The notes under the pieces are model-generated. The model worked only from the letters and a program-made list of their open reading frames with translations, searched no databases and was not told the DNA's origin. The position numbers and the translations under genes were made by a program. DNA of 64,000 bases from Candidatus Marinacidobacterium sp. (lineage in GTDB: Bacteria; Acidobacteriota; Vicinamibacteria; Marinacidobacterales; Marinacidobacteraceae), in NCBI GenBank assembly GCA_965204755.1, contig OZ242011.1, positions 2,080,001-2,144,000 on the forward strand, written 5' to 3'. Positions 19,893-29,771 of the stretch are shown one piece after another. Numbering within the stretch: position 1 is the stretch's first letter; every line of letters starts with the position of its first letter.

Positions 19893-22800
19893 TCAGCGGG
19901 CGGCGAGGACTTCGCGGGCGCGGCGGGCCTGTTCCCGGTCGCCTGCCGCGAGGGCCGACTCCAGCAGGCCCTCGTAGGCGATCCGGTTCGCCGGGTCGCG
20001 GTCCACCGCCTCCCGGTAGTGGGCGACGGCGGCGGCGAACCGGCCGGACTCCCGCTCGAAGGCGCCGAAGTTCGCCCAGTGGATCGCCGGGTCGGGGGCC
20101 CGGCGGACCAACTCGGCGAAGGCTTCGCGCGCTGCTTCCCGGGATTCGGGGCCGTCGGCGGCGCCGGCGAGCGCGACCGCCCGCACTTGGAGCGCCCGGG
20201 GGTGGGCCGGGTGTTCGCGGAGGACCGCGGCGGCGTCTTCCGCGGCCTGCGCCGGGTCGCCGGCGCGGAGGCGGAGTTCCGCGAGCCAGGCGGCGGCGTC
20301 GGGGTTTCGCGGCGCCTCCCGGAGGGCCGCGCGGACGAGGGCGGCGGCGGACTCCAACTCGTTCCGGCCGACCTGGACTTCCGCGGCCAGCAGCAGCGCC
20401 TCCGGGTCGCGGGCGAGCGCCGGCGGCCCGGATTCGAGCGCGGCCGCGGCCTCTTCGAGCCGCCCGGCGGCGTGGAGCAGCCGGGCGAGCGCGGTGGTGA
20501 GCCGTGCCGCGGCCGGGCTGTCCGGGCCGGCCGCGCCGTCCGAGCCCCCTGCGCCGTCCGTGGCTGCAGCGCTGAGCAGCCGCCGCAGGACGCGTTCGCC
20601 GGGCTCCGTCTCCCCCGATGCCGCGGCCGCCCGGACCAGCGCCAGCGCCGCCGCCGGGTGCGTCGGGTCGAGGTCGAGCGCCCGTTCCGCGACTTCGAGC
20701 GCCCAGACCGGGCTGGCCGCCGAGAGGAGACCCTCCGCCCGCGCGGTCAGGGCGTCGGCGTCCGGCGGCGCCGCGCCGGCGAAGCGCCCCGGCCGCGCGC
20801 CCAGCCGGCGGAGCGTTCGGCGGTTGTCCGCGGCGGTCTCGCGGTGGGCCGAGAGCGGCGCCCGGAATTCCAGGACCGGGCGGTCGTCCCGGTGGCGGGG
20901 CGCGTCCGCCGCCCAGCGGGCGAGTTCCTCGCCGGAGGCGGCGTAGAAGGTGGTCAGCGCTTCCGGCCCGGTCAACCCGTAGGGCGCGGTCTCGTCCGCG
21001 ACCCGCGCGAGCCGCCGGCGGACTTCCTCCGGCGTGACCTCCGGGAACGGGCCGTTCGCGCCCAGCAGCAGCGCGTCGCCGTCGTGGAGGGTGAACGCCG
21101 CGGACTCCGGGAAGACCTCGGTGAACCCGGCGACCACCGTCTGCAACTCCGGCTCGGCCAGCCGGTAGAGGTGGATCCACTGGCAGAAGAGCCCGCCGGG
21201 GGCGAGCCGGGAGCGCACCGACTCGAAGAACTCCACGGTGAACAGCGGCGAGACCCCGCTCATCCAGGGGTTCGAGGGTTCGGAGATCACGACTTCGTAC
21301 CGGTCCTCGCCCAGCAGCAGGTGGTTCCGCGCGTCCACCGGCAGCAACTCGAAGCGCTCGTCCTCCCACGGTGAGCCGTTGCTCGCGGCGAAGAGGCGGG
21401 CGGCTTCGGCCACTTCCGGCGAGATCTCCGCCGCCGCCACCCGCTCCACCGGATGCCGGAGCGCCGCGCCGGCGGTGACGCCGCTCCCGTAGCCGACGAT
21501 GAAGACGGACTTCGGGAACCCCGAACCGCCGTCGTCCGCCAGCGCGAGGGGCAGGTGGGCGAGCAGGCGCTGGGTCAGCATGTCCGCGCCGTCCGTGGCG
21601 TCCACCTTCCCGTCGATCGCCAGCGAGGTCTCGCCGGCGACGCGCTTCGCGGAGACGGTGGCGGCGGCGTCCTGGCCGAGGAACACCGTCCGGCCCCGGC
21701 GCAGGAAGTCCCGGTGCCGGTGCGGCTCGACCTGCGCCGCCGCCTGGTAGAGCCCCCCGCTGAGCAGGTCCCAGTCCCAACCCCGGGCGGCCGTCCCGGC
21801 GAGGAGCGTCGCGGCGAGGGCGGCGCCGAGGACGCCGGGGCGGGGCAGGGCCACCGCCGCGGCGATCGCGTGGGCGAGGACCGCGGCGAAGAGCGCCGCC
21901 TCGATGCCGAGGAGCGGTATGACCACCAGCCCGGCGGCGAGCGCCCCGCCGGCGTTCCCGGCGGCGGTCCAGCCGTAGATCCTCCCGGTGGCGCGACCGG
22001 CTTCGCCCCCGTTTCCGGCTTCGCTTCCTACCGCGGCGAGCGCCACGGCCAAGGGGAACGCCGCGCCCAGCAGCGCGCCGGGGACGAGCAGCGCGGCGAC
22101 GGTCTGGAGGAACTGCAGGTCGAGGAGCGAGGCGACTTCCCCGGCGCGGCGGGCGATCTGCCCCCCGATCGGGAGTACGAGGTCGTCCGCCAGCGCGACG
22201 ATCCCCGCCCCGGCGGCCGCCGCGCCCAACTGCGTGAACGCGAGCGCCTTCGCCGCCGTCCGCCGCGGGCCCCCGCCCCCTTCGCGTCGGCGGGCGAGGA
22301 GCCGTCCGGCGAACCCGCTGCCGAGCGCCGCGCCCAGGATCACCCCGGCGACCACGCAGGCGAAGGTGTAGATGGTCGGCCCGAACAGGAGCGCCGCGAG
22401 CCGCGCCCACGCGACTTCCGCCGCCATCGCCGCCGACCCGGAGAGCGCCGCGACCGCGGCCGCCCGCCGGGGCCACGCGCCGGCGCCCCCGCCCGTCGGG
22501 CTCCGGGCGGCGGCCGGCGCCGCCGATTCGGGAACCGCGTCCTCCGGCGCGCCTCGCCCGGACGAGCGACTCCGCGCCCAGCCGAACACCGACCCGGCGG
22601 CTATCAGGTTCGCCGCCGCGGCGAACCCGGTGGAGGCGGCGAGCCCCCACTCCGGGACCAGCCAGCGCGCCGCCGCCACCGACCCGACCAGCGCCCCGAG
22701 CGTGTTCGCGGCGTAGAGCCACGCCGCCGTCCGGCTCTCCGCCCGCCGCCGCGTCCGCCGGTCGAGCGCGGTGAGCGTCGGCAGCGTCGCCCCCATCAGC

Positions 22801-23273
22801 GTGGCCGCCGGCAGCAGGAAGACCGCGGCGACCAAGCCGGCGGCCAGCGGCGCCGCGCCCGGCGAGTAGAGCGCCCGCAGCAGCGGCAGCGCGGCGTCCA
22901 GGTAGAGCGGCAGGAGCAGCGCGAAGGCGGCGGCGCCGATTTCCAGCAGCGCGAACCGGCGCGCCAGCCGCGCCGCGACCAGCCGCCCGCCGCTCCGCCC
23001 GGCCAGCGCCGCGCCGAGACCGAGCCCGCCGAGGAACAGCGCCAGCACCAAGGTGACCGCGGCGTTCGCGGTCCCGATGGTCACCGCGAACCGGCGCACC
23101 CACACCACCTGATAGACCAGCGAGGCGAAGCCGGACAGGAGCAGCGCCGCCGGGAGCAGGGCCGCCGCTGCCGGCGAGGTCGTCTCGCGCGTCGGCGGGC
23201 GGGACGCCGGGGTCGGGATTGCCGGGGCCGGGGAGGCCGGGCGCCGGCGGCGCGGTCTCCGGGAGCGGGCCAA
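19893..23273 (-). CDS. Fused membrane domain / spermidine synthase-like methyltransferase with C-terminal TPRs
   Basis: LLSGFASLVYQVVW, LYAANTLGA, LAIDGKVDA, VGYGSGVT, VVISEPSNPW, LFTVEFF; TPR-like tail. Confidence 0.9.
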   Translation of the reverse strand: MARSRRPRRRRPASPAPAIPTPASRPPTRETTSPAAAALLPAALLLSGFASLVYQVVWVRRFAVTIGTANAAVTLVLALFLGGLGLGAALAGRSGGRLVAARLARRFALLEIGAAAFALLLPLYLDAALPLLRALYSPGAAPLAAGLVAAVFLLPAATLMGATLPTLTALDRRTRRRAESRTAAWLYAANTLGALVGSVAAARWLVPEWGLAASTGFAAAANLIAAGSVFGWARSRSSGRGAPEDAVPESAAPAAARSPTGGGAGAWPRRAAAVAALSGSAAMAAEVAWARLAALLFGPTIYTFACVVAGVILGAALGSGFAGRLLARRREGGGGPRRTAAKALAFTQLGAAAAGAGIVALADDLVLPIGGQIARRAGEVASLLDLQFLQTVAALLVPGALLGAAFPLAVALAAVGSEAGNGGEAGRATGRIYGWTAAGNAGGALAAGLVVIPLLGIEAALFAAVLAHAIAAAVALPRPGVLGAALAATLLAGTAARGWDWDLLSGGLYQAAAQVEPHRHRDFLRRGRTVFLGQDAAATVSAKRVAGETSLAIDGKVDATDGADMLTQRLLAHLPLALADDGGSGFPKSVFIVGYGSGVTAGAALRHPVERVAAAEISPEVAEAARLFAASNGSPWEDERFELLPVDARNHLLLGEDRYEVVISEPSNPWMSGVSPLFTVEFFESVRSRLAPGGLFCQWIHLYRLAEPELQTVVAGFTEVFPESAAFTLHDGDALLLGANGPFPEVTPEEVRRRLARVADETAPYGLTGPEALTTFYAASGEELARWAADAPRHRDDRPVLEFRAPLSAHRETAADNRRTLRRLGARPGRFAGAAPPDADALTARAEGLLSAASPVWALEVAERALDLDPTHPAAALALVRAAAASGETEPGERVLRRLLSAAATDGAGGSDGAAGPDSPAAARLTTALARLLHAAGRLEEAAAALESGPPALARDPEALLLAAEVQVGRNELESAAALVRAALREAPRNPDAAAWLAELRLRAGDPAQAAEDAAAVLREHPAHPRALQVRAVALAGAADGPESREAAREAFAELVRRAPDPAIHWANFGAFERESGRFAAAVAHYREAVDRDPANRIAYEGLLESALAAGDREQARRAREVLAAR

Positions 23274-23282
23274 GACGACCCC

Positions 23283-24320
23283 TCAGCCGCCGCCCGCCGG
23301 ACGGTGCAGGTAGCCGCGCCGCGCCCGCACTTCGGCCCCCGGGGCGGTTACCGCCACTTCCAGCCGCCGCCACCCGGCCGGCGCCGCCGGGTCCGGGCGG
23401 AACGCCAGCACATAGCGGGAGCGCATCTCCTCCAGGATGCTCTGGTAGGCCGACCCCAGCCGCCGTTCGTCCCGCGTCCGGATCAACTGCCCGCCGCTCC
23501 GCTCCGCCAGCAGCCGGAGGAGCGCCGCCCCGGACGGCGCGCCGGTTCGCCTCCGTTGGCGGCGGCGCGGCCCTTCGAGCAGCGCCTCGAACTCCTGCGG
23601 CGCGAGGCCGTATTCCGTCCGCCGGACGCCGATCCGCTCCCGCCGCCGCACCGAGGGCGGGGCGAAGTCCGACCGGCGGGCCCGGAGACGCCGCCGCGCC
23701 AAGTCCCGCGTGTCGGGCGGGACGATCACCTGGAGGACGGCCCCGCTCCCCCGGAGCGCGTCCTCGAGGAACGCCTCCGGGACCCAACTCCGGGTGTCCA
23801 GCCCGTCGGTGAACAGGATGAGCACCGGCCGGCCGGGCGCGGCGTCCACCAGCGCCGCCGCGAGCAGCAGCGAGTCGCGGAGCGAAGTCCCGTCGCCGAA
23901 GGAGGCGTCGGGGAACGGGCTCCCCGCGGCGCTGCCGCAGGGGGCGAACTCGCGGGTCAGGAGCAACTCCGACGAGAACACCGCCGCCGCGCAGGTGTCG
24001 CGCTCGGACAACTGCGCGGCGAACCGGGAGGCCGCGTCGGCCAGCAGGCGCCGCCGCTCGGCGTTCACGCTTTCGCTCAGGTCCATGGCGAACAGCACCG
24101 AGAGCGGCCGGCGCTCCTGGGCGACCAGCCGAACCTCCCGCGGCGTCCCTTCGTCGAGCAGGGTGAAGTCCCGCGCGGCGAGTCCTTCCACCGGTCGGCG
24201 GCCGTTCGTGACCACCACATCCACGAGGACTTCCTCCGCGGTGACGCGGAACTGGCCGGCCTCCGCCGGGAGCGTTGCGGCCAGGGCGAGCGGCGCGGCG
24301 AGCGCGGGCAGGGGGAACAC
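23283..24320 (-). CDS. Secreted VWA-domain protein
   Basis: FRVTAEEVLVDVVVT, DLSESV, LFTDGLDT, VRARRGY. Confidence 0.82.
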   Translation of the reverse strand: MFPLPALAAPLALAATLPAEAGQFRVTAEEVLVDVVVTNGRRPVEGLAARDFTLLDEGTPREVRLVAQERRPLSVLFAMDLSESVNAERRRLLADAASRFAAQLSERDTCAAAVFSSELLLTREFAPCGSAAGSPFPDASFGDGTSLRDSLLLAAALVDAAPGRPVLILFTDGLDTRSWVPEAFLEDALRGSGAVLQVIVPPDTRDLARRRLRARRSDFAPPSVRRRERIGVRRTEYGLAPQEFEALLEGPRRRQRRRTGAPSGAALLRLLAERSGGQLIRTRDERRLGSAYQSILEEMRSRYVLAFRPDPAAPAGWRRLEVAVTAPGAEVRARRGYLHRPAGGG

Positions 24321-24329
24321 GCGGACTCG

Positions 24330-25394
24330 TTACCGGTTGGTGAGCGCGAGCGCGCGCAATCGGGCGAGGCGGGGGCGCTCGGCGATGACGCCGGAGAGGA
24401 GGAAGTCCCACCAAGTGTCGGGCCCGTCGGCGGCCTCCAGGTAGTGGCGGGCGGCTTCGCCCGCGCCCTCGGTGTCCCCGAGCCGCTGGCGAACGGCGGT
24501 CAGCCCGGCCGCCGCCGCCAGCGACCCGATGTCGATCGCCTGCGCCCGCGAGAACGCGCGTTCCGCCTCGGCGGCGCGGTCGAGCCAGAGCAGCGCCTCG
24601 CCCCGGAGGAGGAGCGAGAGGAAGCGTTGCCGCGCGGTCAACGCGTCCCCGACCTCGTCCCCGACCGCGTCGAGTCGGGCGAGCGTCCCTTCGGCGTCGC
24701 CGTCCCGCAGGACCAGGTGGGCGAGGCGGAGTCGGAGGTCGGCGGCCGGCGCGTCCGGCTCGGCGGCCAGCGCCCGCTCGTAGGCGTCGCGCGCCTGGTC
24801 GAAGAACCGCTCGTCGTGGAACATCCAGCCGAAGAGCGCCGAGAGATGTCCGCGGGCCAGCCGCGCTTCCGGGTCGGCGCGGAACTCCTCGGTGAGGAAC
24901 CGGGCGACCCGCACCGCGTCTTCGAGCCGCCCGTACTCCATGTAGAAGCCCAGCAGCCCGAGGTGGGCGTTCCTCGTCCATTCGTCGCGGTTCTCCTCGG
25001 TGACGCGGGCCAGCATCCGCCGGGCGAGGCGTTCGTGCTCTTCCGGCGCGGTCTCCGCGGGTCCCGCCAGGTCGAAGTGGAACAGTGAGGCGGCGAGCAG
25101 TTCCGCATCCCGCGAGGGGCTGCTGCCGCCGCGTCGGTCGAGGAACGACTCGGCGGCGCCGCGGAGTCGGCGCAGCGGAATGCCGCGGCCCTCGCGGACC
25201 GCGCCGACGAAGTCGCCGCCGCGGTACCGGGCGAGCCGCCGTTCGTACGCGGTCGGCGGCGGCTCGGCGCCGGTTTCCTGCGCGGCGAAGGCGGCCGCCG
25301 CGCCGCCGAAGAGGACGAACGCCAAGCCGGAAGCGATGGCCGCGCGCTTCCCCCGGGCGGCCGGCGCCCGCCTTCCGGGCCGGGTACTTCGCAC
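24330..25394 (-). CDS. Secreted tetratricopeptide-repeat protein
   Basis: Signal peptide (AFA-AQ); Ala/Leu helical repeats; adjacent to VWA gene. Confidence 0.7.
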   Translation of the reverse strand: MRSTRPGRRAPAARGKRAAIASGLAFVLFGGAAAAFAAQETGAEPPPTAYERRLARYRGGDFVGAVREGRGIPLRRLRGAAESFLDRRGGSSPSRDAELLAASLFHFDLAGPAETAPEEHERLARRMLARVTEENRDEWTRNAHLGLLGFYMEYGRLEDAVRVARFLTEEFRADPEARLARGHLSALFGWMFHDERFFDQARDAYERALAAEPDAPAADLRLRLAHLVLRDGDAEGTLARLDAVGDEVGDALTARQRFLSLLLRGEALLWLDRAAEAERAFSRAQAIDIGSLAAAAGLTAVRQRLGDTEGAGEAARHYLEAADGPDTWWDFLLSGVIAERPRLARLRALALTNR

Positions 25395-25495
25395 GCCGCC
25401 TTCCTCGCGGCGATTGTCTCACCGGGTGAGCCGGCCGGGCGGGAAAACCGTTACGATCCTTCGCCGCCGCCCTTCGGGATGGGGAGCGCGGCGAG

Positions 25496-26851
25496 GTGTT
25501 CGCCATGTCCTTTCTTTCCCTCCCCCTTCTTTCCCGGTCGCTTCTTTCCCTGCGTCTTCCTTCCGCGCTCCGGCGTTCCGCCGCCGCGCCGCTCCTCGCG
25601 GTCGCGCTCGTCTTCGCGGTTTCCGCGGCCTGCGGGGCGCCGCCCGAAGAGGAGCCGGCGCCGATGACCGAAGCCGAGATCGAGCAGGAAGCGCGGCGCA
25701 TCCACGATGCGGTCCTCACCCTCGACACCCACATAGACATCCCCTTCGACTACGCGGTCGAAGTGGATCCGGGCAACATCAACGAGGAATACCAGGCGGA
25801 CTACCCGCGGATGCGCGAAGGCGGGCTCGACGCCGCCTTCTTCGTCGTGTACTACGGGCAGACCGAACGCACCCCGGAGGGTTACGAGAAGGCGAAGGAA
25901 GGCGCGATGACCAAGTTCCACGCCATCCACTCCGCCGTGGAGAAGCATTCCGAGGTCATCGAACTCGCGGACACCGCCGACGAGGTGGAGCGCATCCACG
26001 CGTCCGGCAAGTTGGTGGCGCTGATCGGGATCGAGAACGGCTTCGTGGTGGGCAAGGACCTCTCGCTGCTCGAGGAATACCGGAACCTCGGCGCCCGGTA
26101 CATCACGCTCACCCACAACGGCCACAACGACATCGGCGACTCGTGCAACCCGAACCCGGCTTTCGGCGACGAAGCCGAGGAGCACGGCGGCCTGAGCGAG
26201 TTCGGCCGCGAAGTCGTCGCCGAGATGAACCGGCTGGGGATGCTGGTGGATGTGTCCCATGTCTCGAAGAAGACCATGCTGCAGGCGGCGGAGTTCTCGG
26301 CGGCGCCGGTGATCGCGTCGCACTCGTCCGTAAGCGCGCTCGCCGATGTCTCCCGCAACATGGACGACGAACAGTTGCGGGCGCTGGCGGCGAACGGCGG
26401 CGTGATCCAGACGGTGGCGCTCCGCGCCTTCGTGAAGGAAGACCCGCCGGAGAAGACCGCCGACCTCGCGGCGCTGCTGGAGGAGTTCGGCGTCGAGTCC
26501 CGGAGCGAAGCGGCTTCGCTCGACGAGATGCGGCAACAGGAGTTGCGCGCCCGGATGGAGGAAGTCTCGGCGCGTTACCCGGTTACCGTCGCCGACTTCG
26601 TGGACCACATCGACCACGCGATCTCGGTGATCGGCCTCGACCATGTGGCGATCTCTTCCGACTTCGACGGCGGCGGCGGCGTGGACGGCTGGGACGACGC
26701 CTCCGAGACGCTCAATGTAACCATCGAGTTGGTTCGGCGCGGCTACGACGAAGACCAGATCCGCCAACTCTGGAGCGGCAACACGCTGCGGGTCCTGCGC
26801 GAGGCGGAGCGGGTCGCCGCGGAGATGCAGGCGGCCGCCGAGGCTTCCTGA
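25496..26851 (+). CDS. Membrane dipeptidase (peptidase M19) lipoprotein
   Basis: LDTHID, GIENG, YITLTHN, EMNRLGMLVDVSH, IASHSS, SDFDGGG; SAAC lipobox. Confidence 0.92.
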   Translation: MFAMSFLSLPLLSRSLLSLRLPSALRRSAAAPLLAVALVFAVSAACGAPPEEEPAPMTEAEIEQEARRIHDAVLTLDTHIDIPFDYAVEVDPGNINEEYQADYPRMREGGLDAAFFVVYYGQTERTPEGYEKAKEGAMTKFHAIHSAVEKHSEVIELADTADEVERIHASGKLVALIGIENGFVVGKDLSLLEEYRNLGARYITLTHNGHNDIGDSCNPNPAFGDEAEEHGGLSEFGREVVAEMNRLGMLVDVSHVSKKTMLQAAEFSAAPVIASHSSVSALADVSRNMDDEQLRALAANGGVIQTVALRAFVKEDPPEKTADLAALLEEFGVESRSEAASLDEMRQQELRARMEEVSARYPVTVADFVDHIDHAISVIGLDHVAISSDFDGGGGVDGWDDASETLNVTIELVRRGYDEDQIRQLWSGNTLRVLREAERVAAEMQAAAEAS

Positions 26852-26858
26852 GCGGTTC

Positions 26859-28013
26859 GTGACTTCCCGTTCGGAGAAGTCGGCGGAGTTCAATCGGGAA
26901 CTCTCGGCCTACGAGCAGGTCGAAAAACTCCAGCGGTACCGCCTCGCCGAAGGCGCCGAGGAGGAGTTCGACGAGGACTTCGTCTTCGAACCCTGCGACC
27001 TGCGCCTCCTCGCTTCCGACGATCCGGAAGAGCGGGCGCGCGGCGTCCGCTCCCTCGGCGAATCCCTGGAGGACACCGGCTTCGCCGTCCTCACCGGCCA
27101 CGGCGTGGCGCCGGAGACTTACGAAGAGGCGCACCGGCGGACGCGGGAGTTCTTCGAAGCCCATACCCTCGAGGAGAAGACGCGCTACCGCGCCCGCCGC
27201 CGCGGCTCGGTGAACCAGGGCTACTTCCCGATCCGGGAAACCACCATGATCCATCCGGACCTGGTGGAAGGCTGGGTCTTCTGCCGCCGCGCGTTCCGCG
27301 TCTCCGGCGGCGGGGGAGATGCCGGCGGCAAGGGAGACGCCGGAGGCGGGGGAGACGGGGATTGGGACGAGCGGGAGTTCTGGCCCTCCGCCGGTTGGGA
27401 GCCGTTCTTCCGCCGCGTCGTCTCCGCGAACGAACGGCTGGTCCTCCCCCTGATGCGGGCCGTGCTCGAATACCTCGGCGAAGACCCGGCGCTCTACGAC
27501 CGCGCCCTCACCCGGCCCAACTTCGGCTTCCGGCTCAACTACTACCCGCCGCTGGCCGGCGAAACCGGGGACGCCGCCGGCCGGATGCTCGGCCACGAGG
27601 ATGTGGACCTGTTCACCCTCCTCCCGGCCTCCGAAGTGGAAGGCCTCCAACTCCTCCACCGCCGTACCATGAAATGGGTGCGCGTCACCGCGCCGCCGGG
27701 AACCATCGTCCTGAACACCGGTGACTACATGCAGCGGATCACCAACGACCGGCTGCCTTCGACCACGCACCGGGTGAGCGCTCCCCGTGACCCGGAGGCC
27801 CGCCGGAAACCGCGCACTTCGTTCCCGATGGCCGTCTATGTATGGGAGGACGAAGTCCTCGAGGTATTGCCGAACCAGGGGCCGCCCCGTTACCCCCCGG
27901 TGCGCGCCGAGGACTTCCATACCCGGATCACCAGCAAGTACTACGGCGACAGTTACCACGAGACCGGCGAGGAGGGCCGCGTCCTCCGGCGCGTTCCCGC
28001 CGCCCTCGGCTGA
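26859..28013 (+). CDS. Isopenicillin-N-synthase-like 2OG-Fe(II) oxygenase
   Basis: GFAVLTGHGV, FRLNYYPP, HEDVDLFTLL (HxD), NTGDYMQRITND, STTHRV, RTS. Confidence 0.88.
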   Translation: MTSRSEKSAEFNRELSAYEQVEKLQRYRLAEGAEEEFDEDFVFEPCDLRLLASDDPEERARGVRSLGESLEDTGFAVLTGHGVAPETYEEAHRRTREFFEAHTLEEKTRYRARRRGSVNQGYFPIRETTMIHPDLVEGWVFCRRAFRVSGGGGDAGGKGDAGGGGDGDWDEREFWPSAGWEPFFRRVVSANERLVLPLMRAVLEYLGEDPALYDRALTRPNFGFRLNYYPPLAGETGDAAGRMLGHEDVDLFTLLPASEVEGLQLLHRRTMKWVRVTAPPGTIVLNTGDYMQRITNDRLPSTTHRVSAPRDPEARRKPRTSFPMAVYVWEDEVLEVLPNQGPPRYPPVRAEDFHTRITSKYYGDSYHETGEEGRVLRRVPAALG

Positions 28014-28037
28014 ACCGCTCGCCCCCGGGCGGTTTCG

Positions 28038-28952
28038 ATGGCGCCCCCGCCGGTCCTCGCCCGACTCGAGGGCGCGGCGCACCGCTACGGCAAGACGCCG
28101 GCGCTCGCCGGACTCGACCTCGAAGTCCGCGCCGGCGAAGTGCTCGCGGTGCTCGGCCCGAACGGCGCGGGCAAGACCACCGCGATCCGGCTGCTGCTCG
28201 GCGACCTGCGCATCCAGACCGGCCGGGTCCGGGTCTTCGACCTCCCCCCGGACGCCCCGGAAGTCCGCGCGCGGCGCGGCGCGATGCTGCAGACCTCCGG
28301 CGTCCCGGAAACGCTCACCGTCGCCGAGCACCTCGAACTCTTCCGCGCCTACTACCCGGCGCCGCTCCCGCCGTCCCGGCTGAGCGCGATGGCCGGGCTC
28401 GACGCGCTGGGCGGGCGGCGTTTCGCGCACCTCTCCGGCGGGCAGAAGCAGCGGCTCTTCTTCGCGCTGGCGCTCGCCGGCGACCCGGAGTTGGTCTTCC
28501 TCGACGAACCCACCGCCGGTCTCGACCTCGAAGGCCGGCTCAGCCTCTGGGAAGAGATCCGCCGGCTGCGCGAAGCCGGACGGACGGCGGTGCTCACCAC
28601 CCACTACCTCGAAGAGGCCGACGCGCTCGCCGACCGGGTGGTGGTGATCCACCACGGGGCGGCGATCGCCGAAGGGACGCCCGCCGAAATCAAGAGCCGC
28701 GCCGGCGGGCGCCTGATCCGGGCGCAAACCCGCATCGGCGAAGACGAAGCCGCGTCGCTCGACGGCGTCGTCCGCGTGACGCGCCGGGGCCGCCAACTCG
28801 AAGTCCTGACTTCCCGTCCGGAGGCCGCGCTCCGGAAGATGTTCGCCCTCGACCCGGCCCTCGACGACCTGACCGTCGTCGGCGCCGGACTCGAAGAAGC
28901 GTTCCTGGCGTTGACCGACGGGAGCGGCCCGTCCGACGGAGGCGGCGCATGA
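28038..28952 (+). CDS. ABC transporter ATP-binding protein
   Basis: GPNGAGKTT, LSGGQKQR, LDEPTAGLD, TTHYLEEA. Confidence 0.93.
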   Translation: MAPPPVLARLEGAAHRYGKTPALAGLDLEVRAGEVLAVLGPNGAGKTTAIRLLLGDLRIQTGRVRVFDLPPDAPEVRARRGAMLQTSGVPETLTVAEHLELFRAYYPAPLPPSRLSAMAGLDALGGRRFAHLSGGQKQRLFFALALAGDPELVFLDEPTAGLDLEGRLSLWEEIRRLREAGRTAVLTTHYLEEADALADRVVVIHHGAAIAEGTPAEIKSRAGGRLIRAQTRIGEDEAASLDGVVRVTRRGRQLEVLTSRPEAALRKMFALDPALDDLTVVGAGLEEAFLALTDGSGPSDGGGA

Positions 28953-29743
28953 CCGCCGGGGCCGCGGTGTCGCCGTCGAAACGCCGCGGCGGCTTCCGGC
29001 GGAGCGCGCGCCTCTACCTGCTGGAGACGCGCGCCCAGTTCCTCAGCGTCTGGCGGCGGCCGGCGTTCGCGGTCCCGACCCTCGCGTTCCCGCTGATGTT
29101 CTACCTGTTCTTCGGCATCGTGATGCCGTCGAGCGGGTTCTCCGCGGCGGCGCCGACTTACCTTCTCGCGACCTACGGGGTCTTCGCGGTGCTCGGCCCT
29201 TCGCTCTTCGGGTTCGGGGTGGGTATGGCGACCGACCGGGACACCGGCGCGCTGGCGCTCAAACGGACGACCCCGATGCCGGTCGCCGCCTACTTCTTCG
29301 CGCGCGTGGCGACCGCCGCGCTCTTCGGCGTGATCCTGGTCGCCTGCCTCTTCCTGCTCGGGGCGTTCGGCGGCGGCGTCGCGCTCCACCGCGGCCAGTG
29401 GTTCGCGCTCGCCGGAGCGATCCTCGCCGGCGTCGTCCCCTTCTCGGCGCTCGGCCTGATGATCGGCGCCTGGGTGAAGGCGCAGGCGGCGGTGGCGATC
29501 GTGAATGTGGTCTTCCTGCCGATGGCGCTCCTCTCCGGCCTGTGGTTTCCCGTCACGATGTTCCCGGAGGCGCTCCGGGCGTTCGCCGGCGTCTTCCCGG
29601 CCTACCATCTCTCGCAACTCGCCCTGAAGACCATCGCGATGGACCTGGGCCATCCGGCGCCCTACCACCTGCTGGTCCTCGCCGGCGAAACCGCCTTCTT
29701 CCTCGCGGTGGTCGTCCGCGGCTACCGCCGTTTCGCCGGCTGA
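28949..29743 (+). CDS. ABC-2 type transporter permease
   Basis: ATGA overlap; about 6 TM; LSGLWFP. Confidence 0.88.
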   Translation: MTAGAAVSPSKRRGGFRRSARLYLLETRAQFLSVWRRPAFAVPTLAFPLMFYLFFGIVMPSSGFSAAAPTYLLATYGVFAVLGPSLFGFGVGMATDRDTGALALKRTTPMPVAAYFFARVATAALFGVILVACLFLLGAFGGGVALHRGQWFALAGAILAGVVPFSALGLMIGAWVKAQAAVAIVNVVFLPMALLSGLWFPVTMFPEALRAFAGVFPAYHLSQLALKTIAMDLGHPAPYHLLVLAGETAFFLAVVVRGYRRFAG

Positions 29744-29771
29744 CCCGACTACGAACGAGGCTCGCTGTCCC

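Noticed and set aside
19657-25740. Very long alternative-frame ORFs (2027 aa here; also 11925-15419, 21453-25088, 38655-41147, 41365-44844)
   Set aside because: Arg/Gly/Pro-rich shadow frames of high-GC genes, without motifs and overlapping well-supported CDSs
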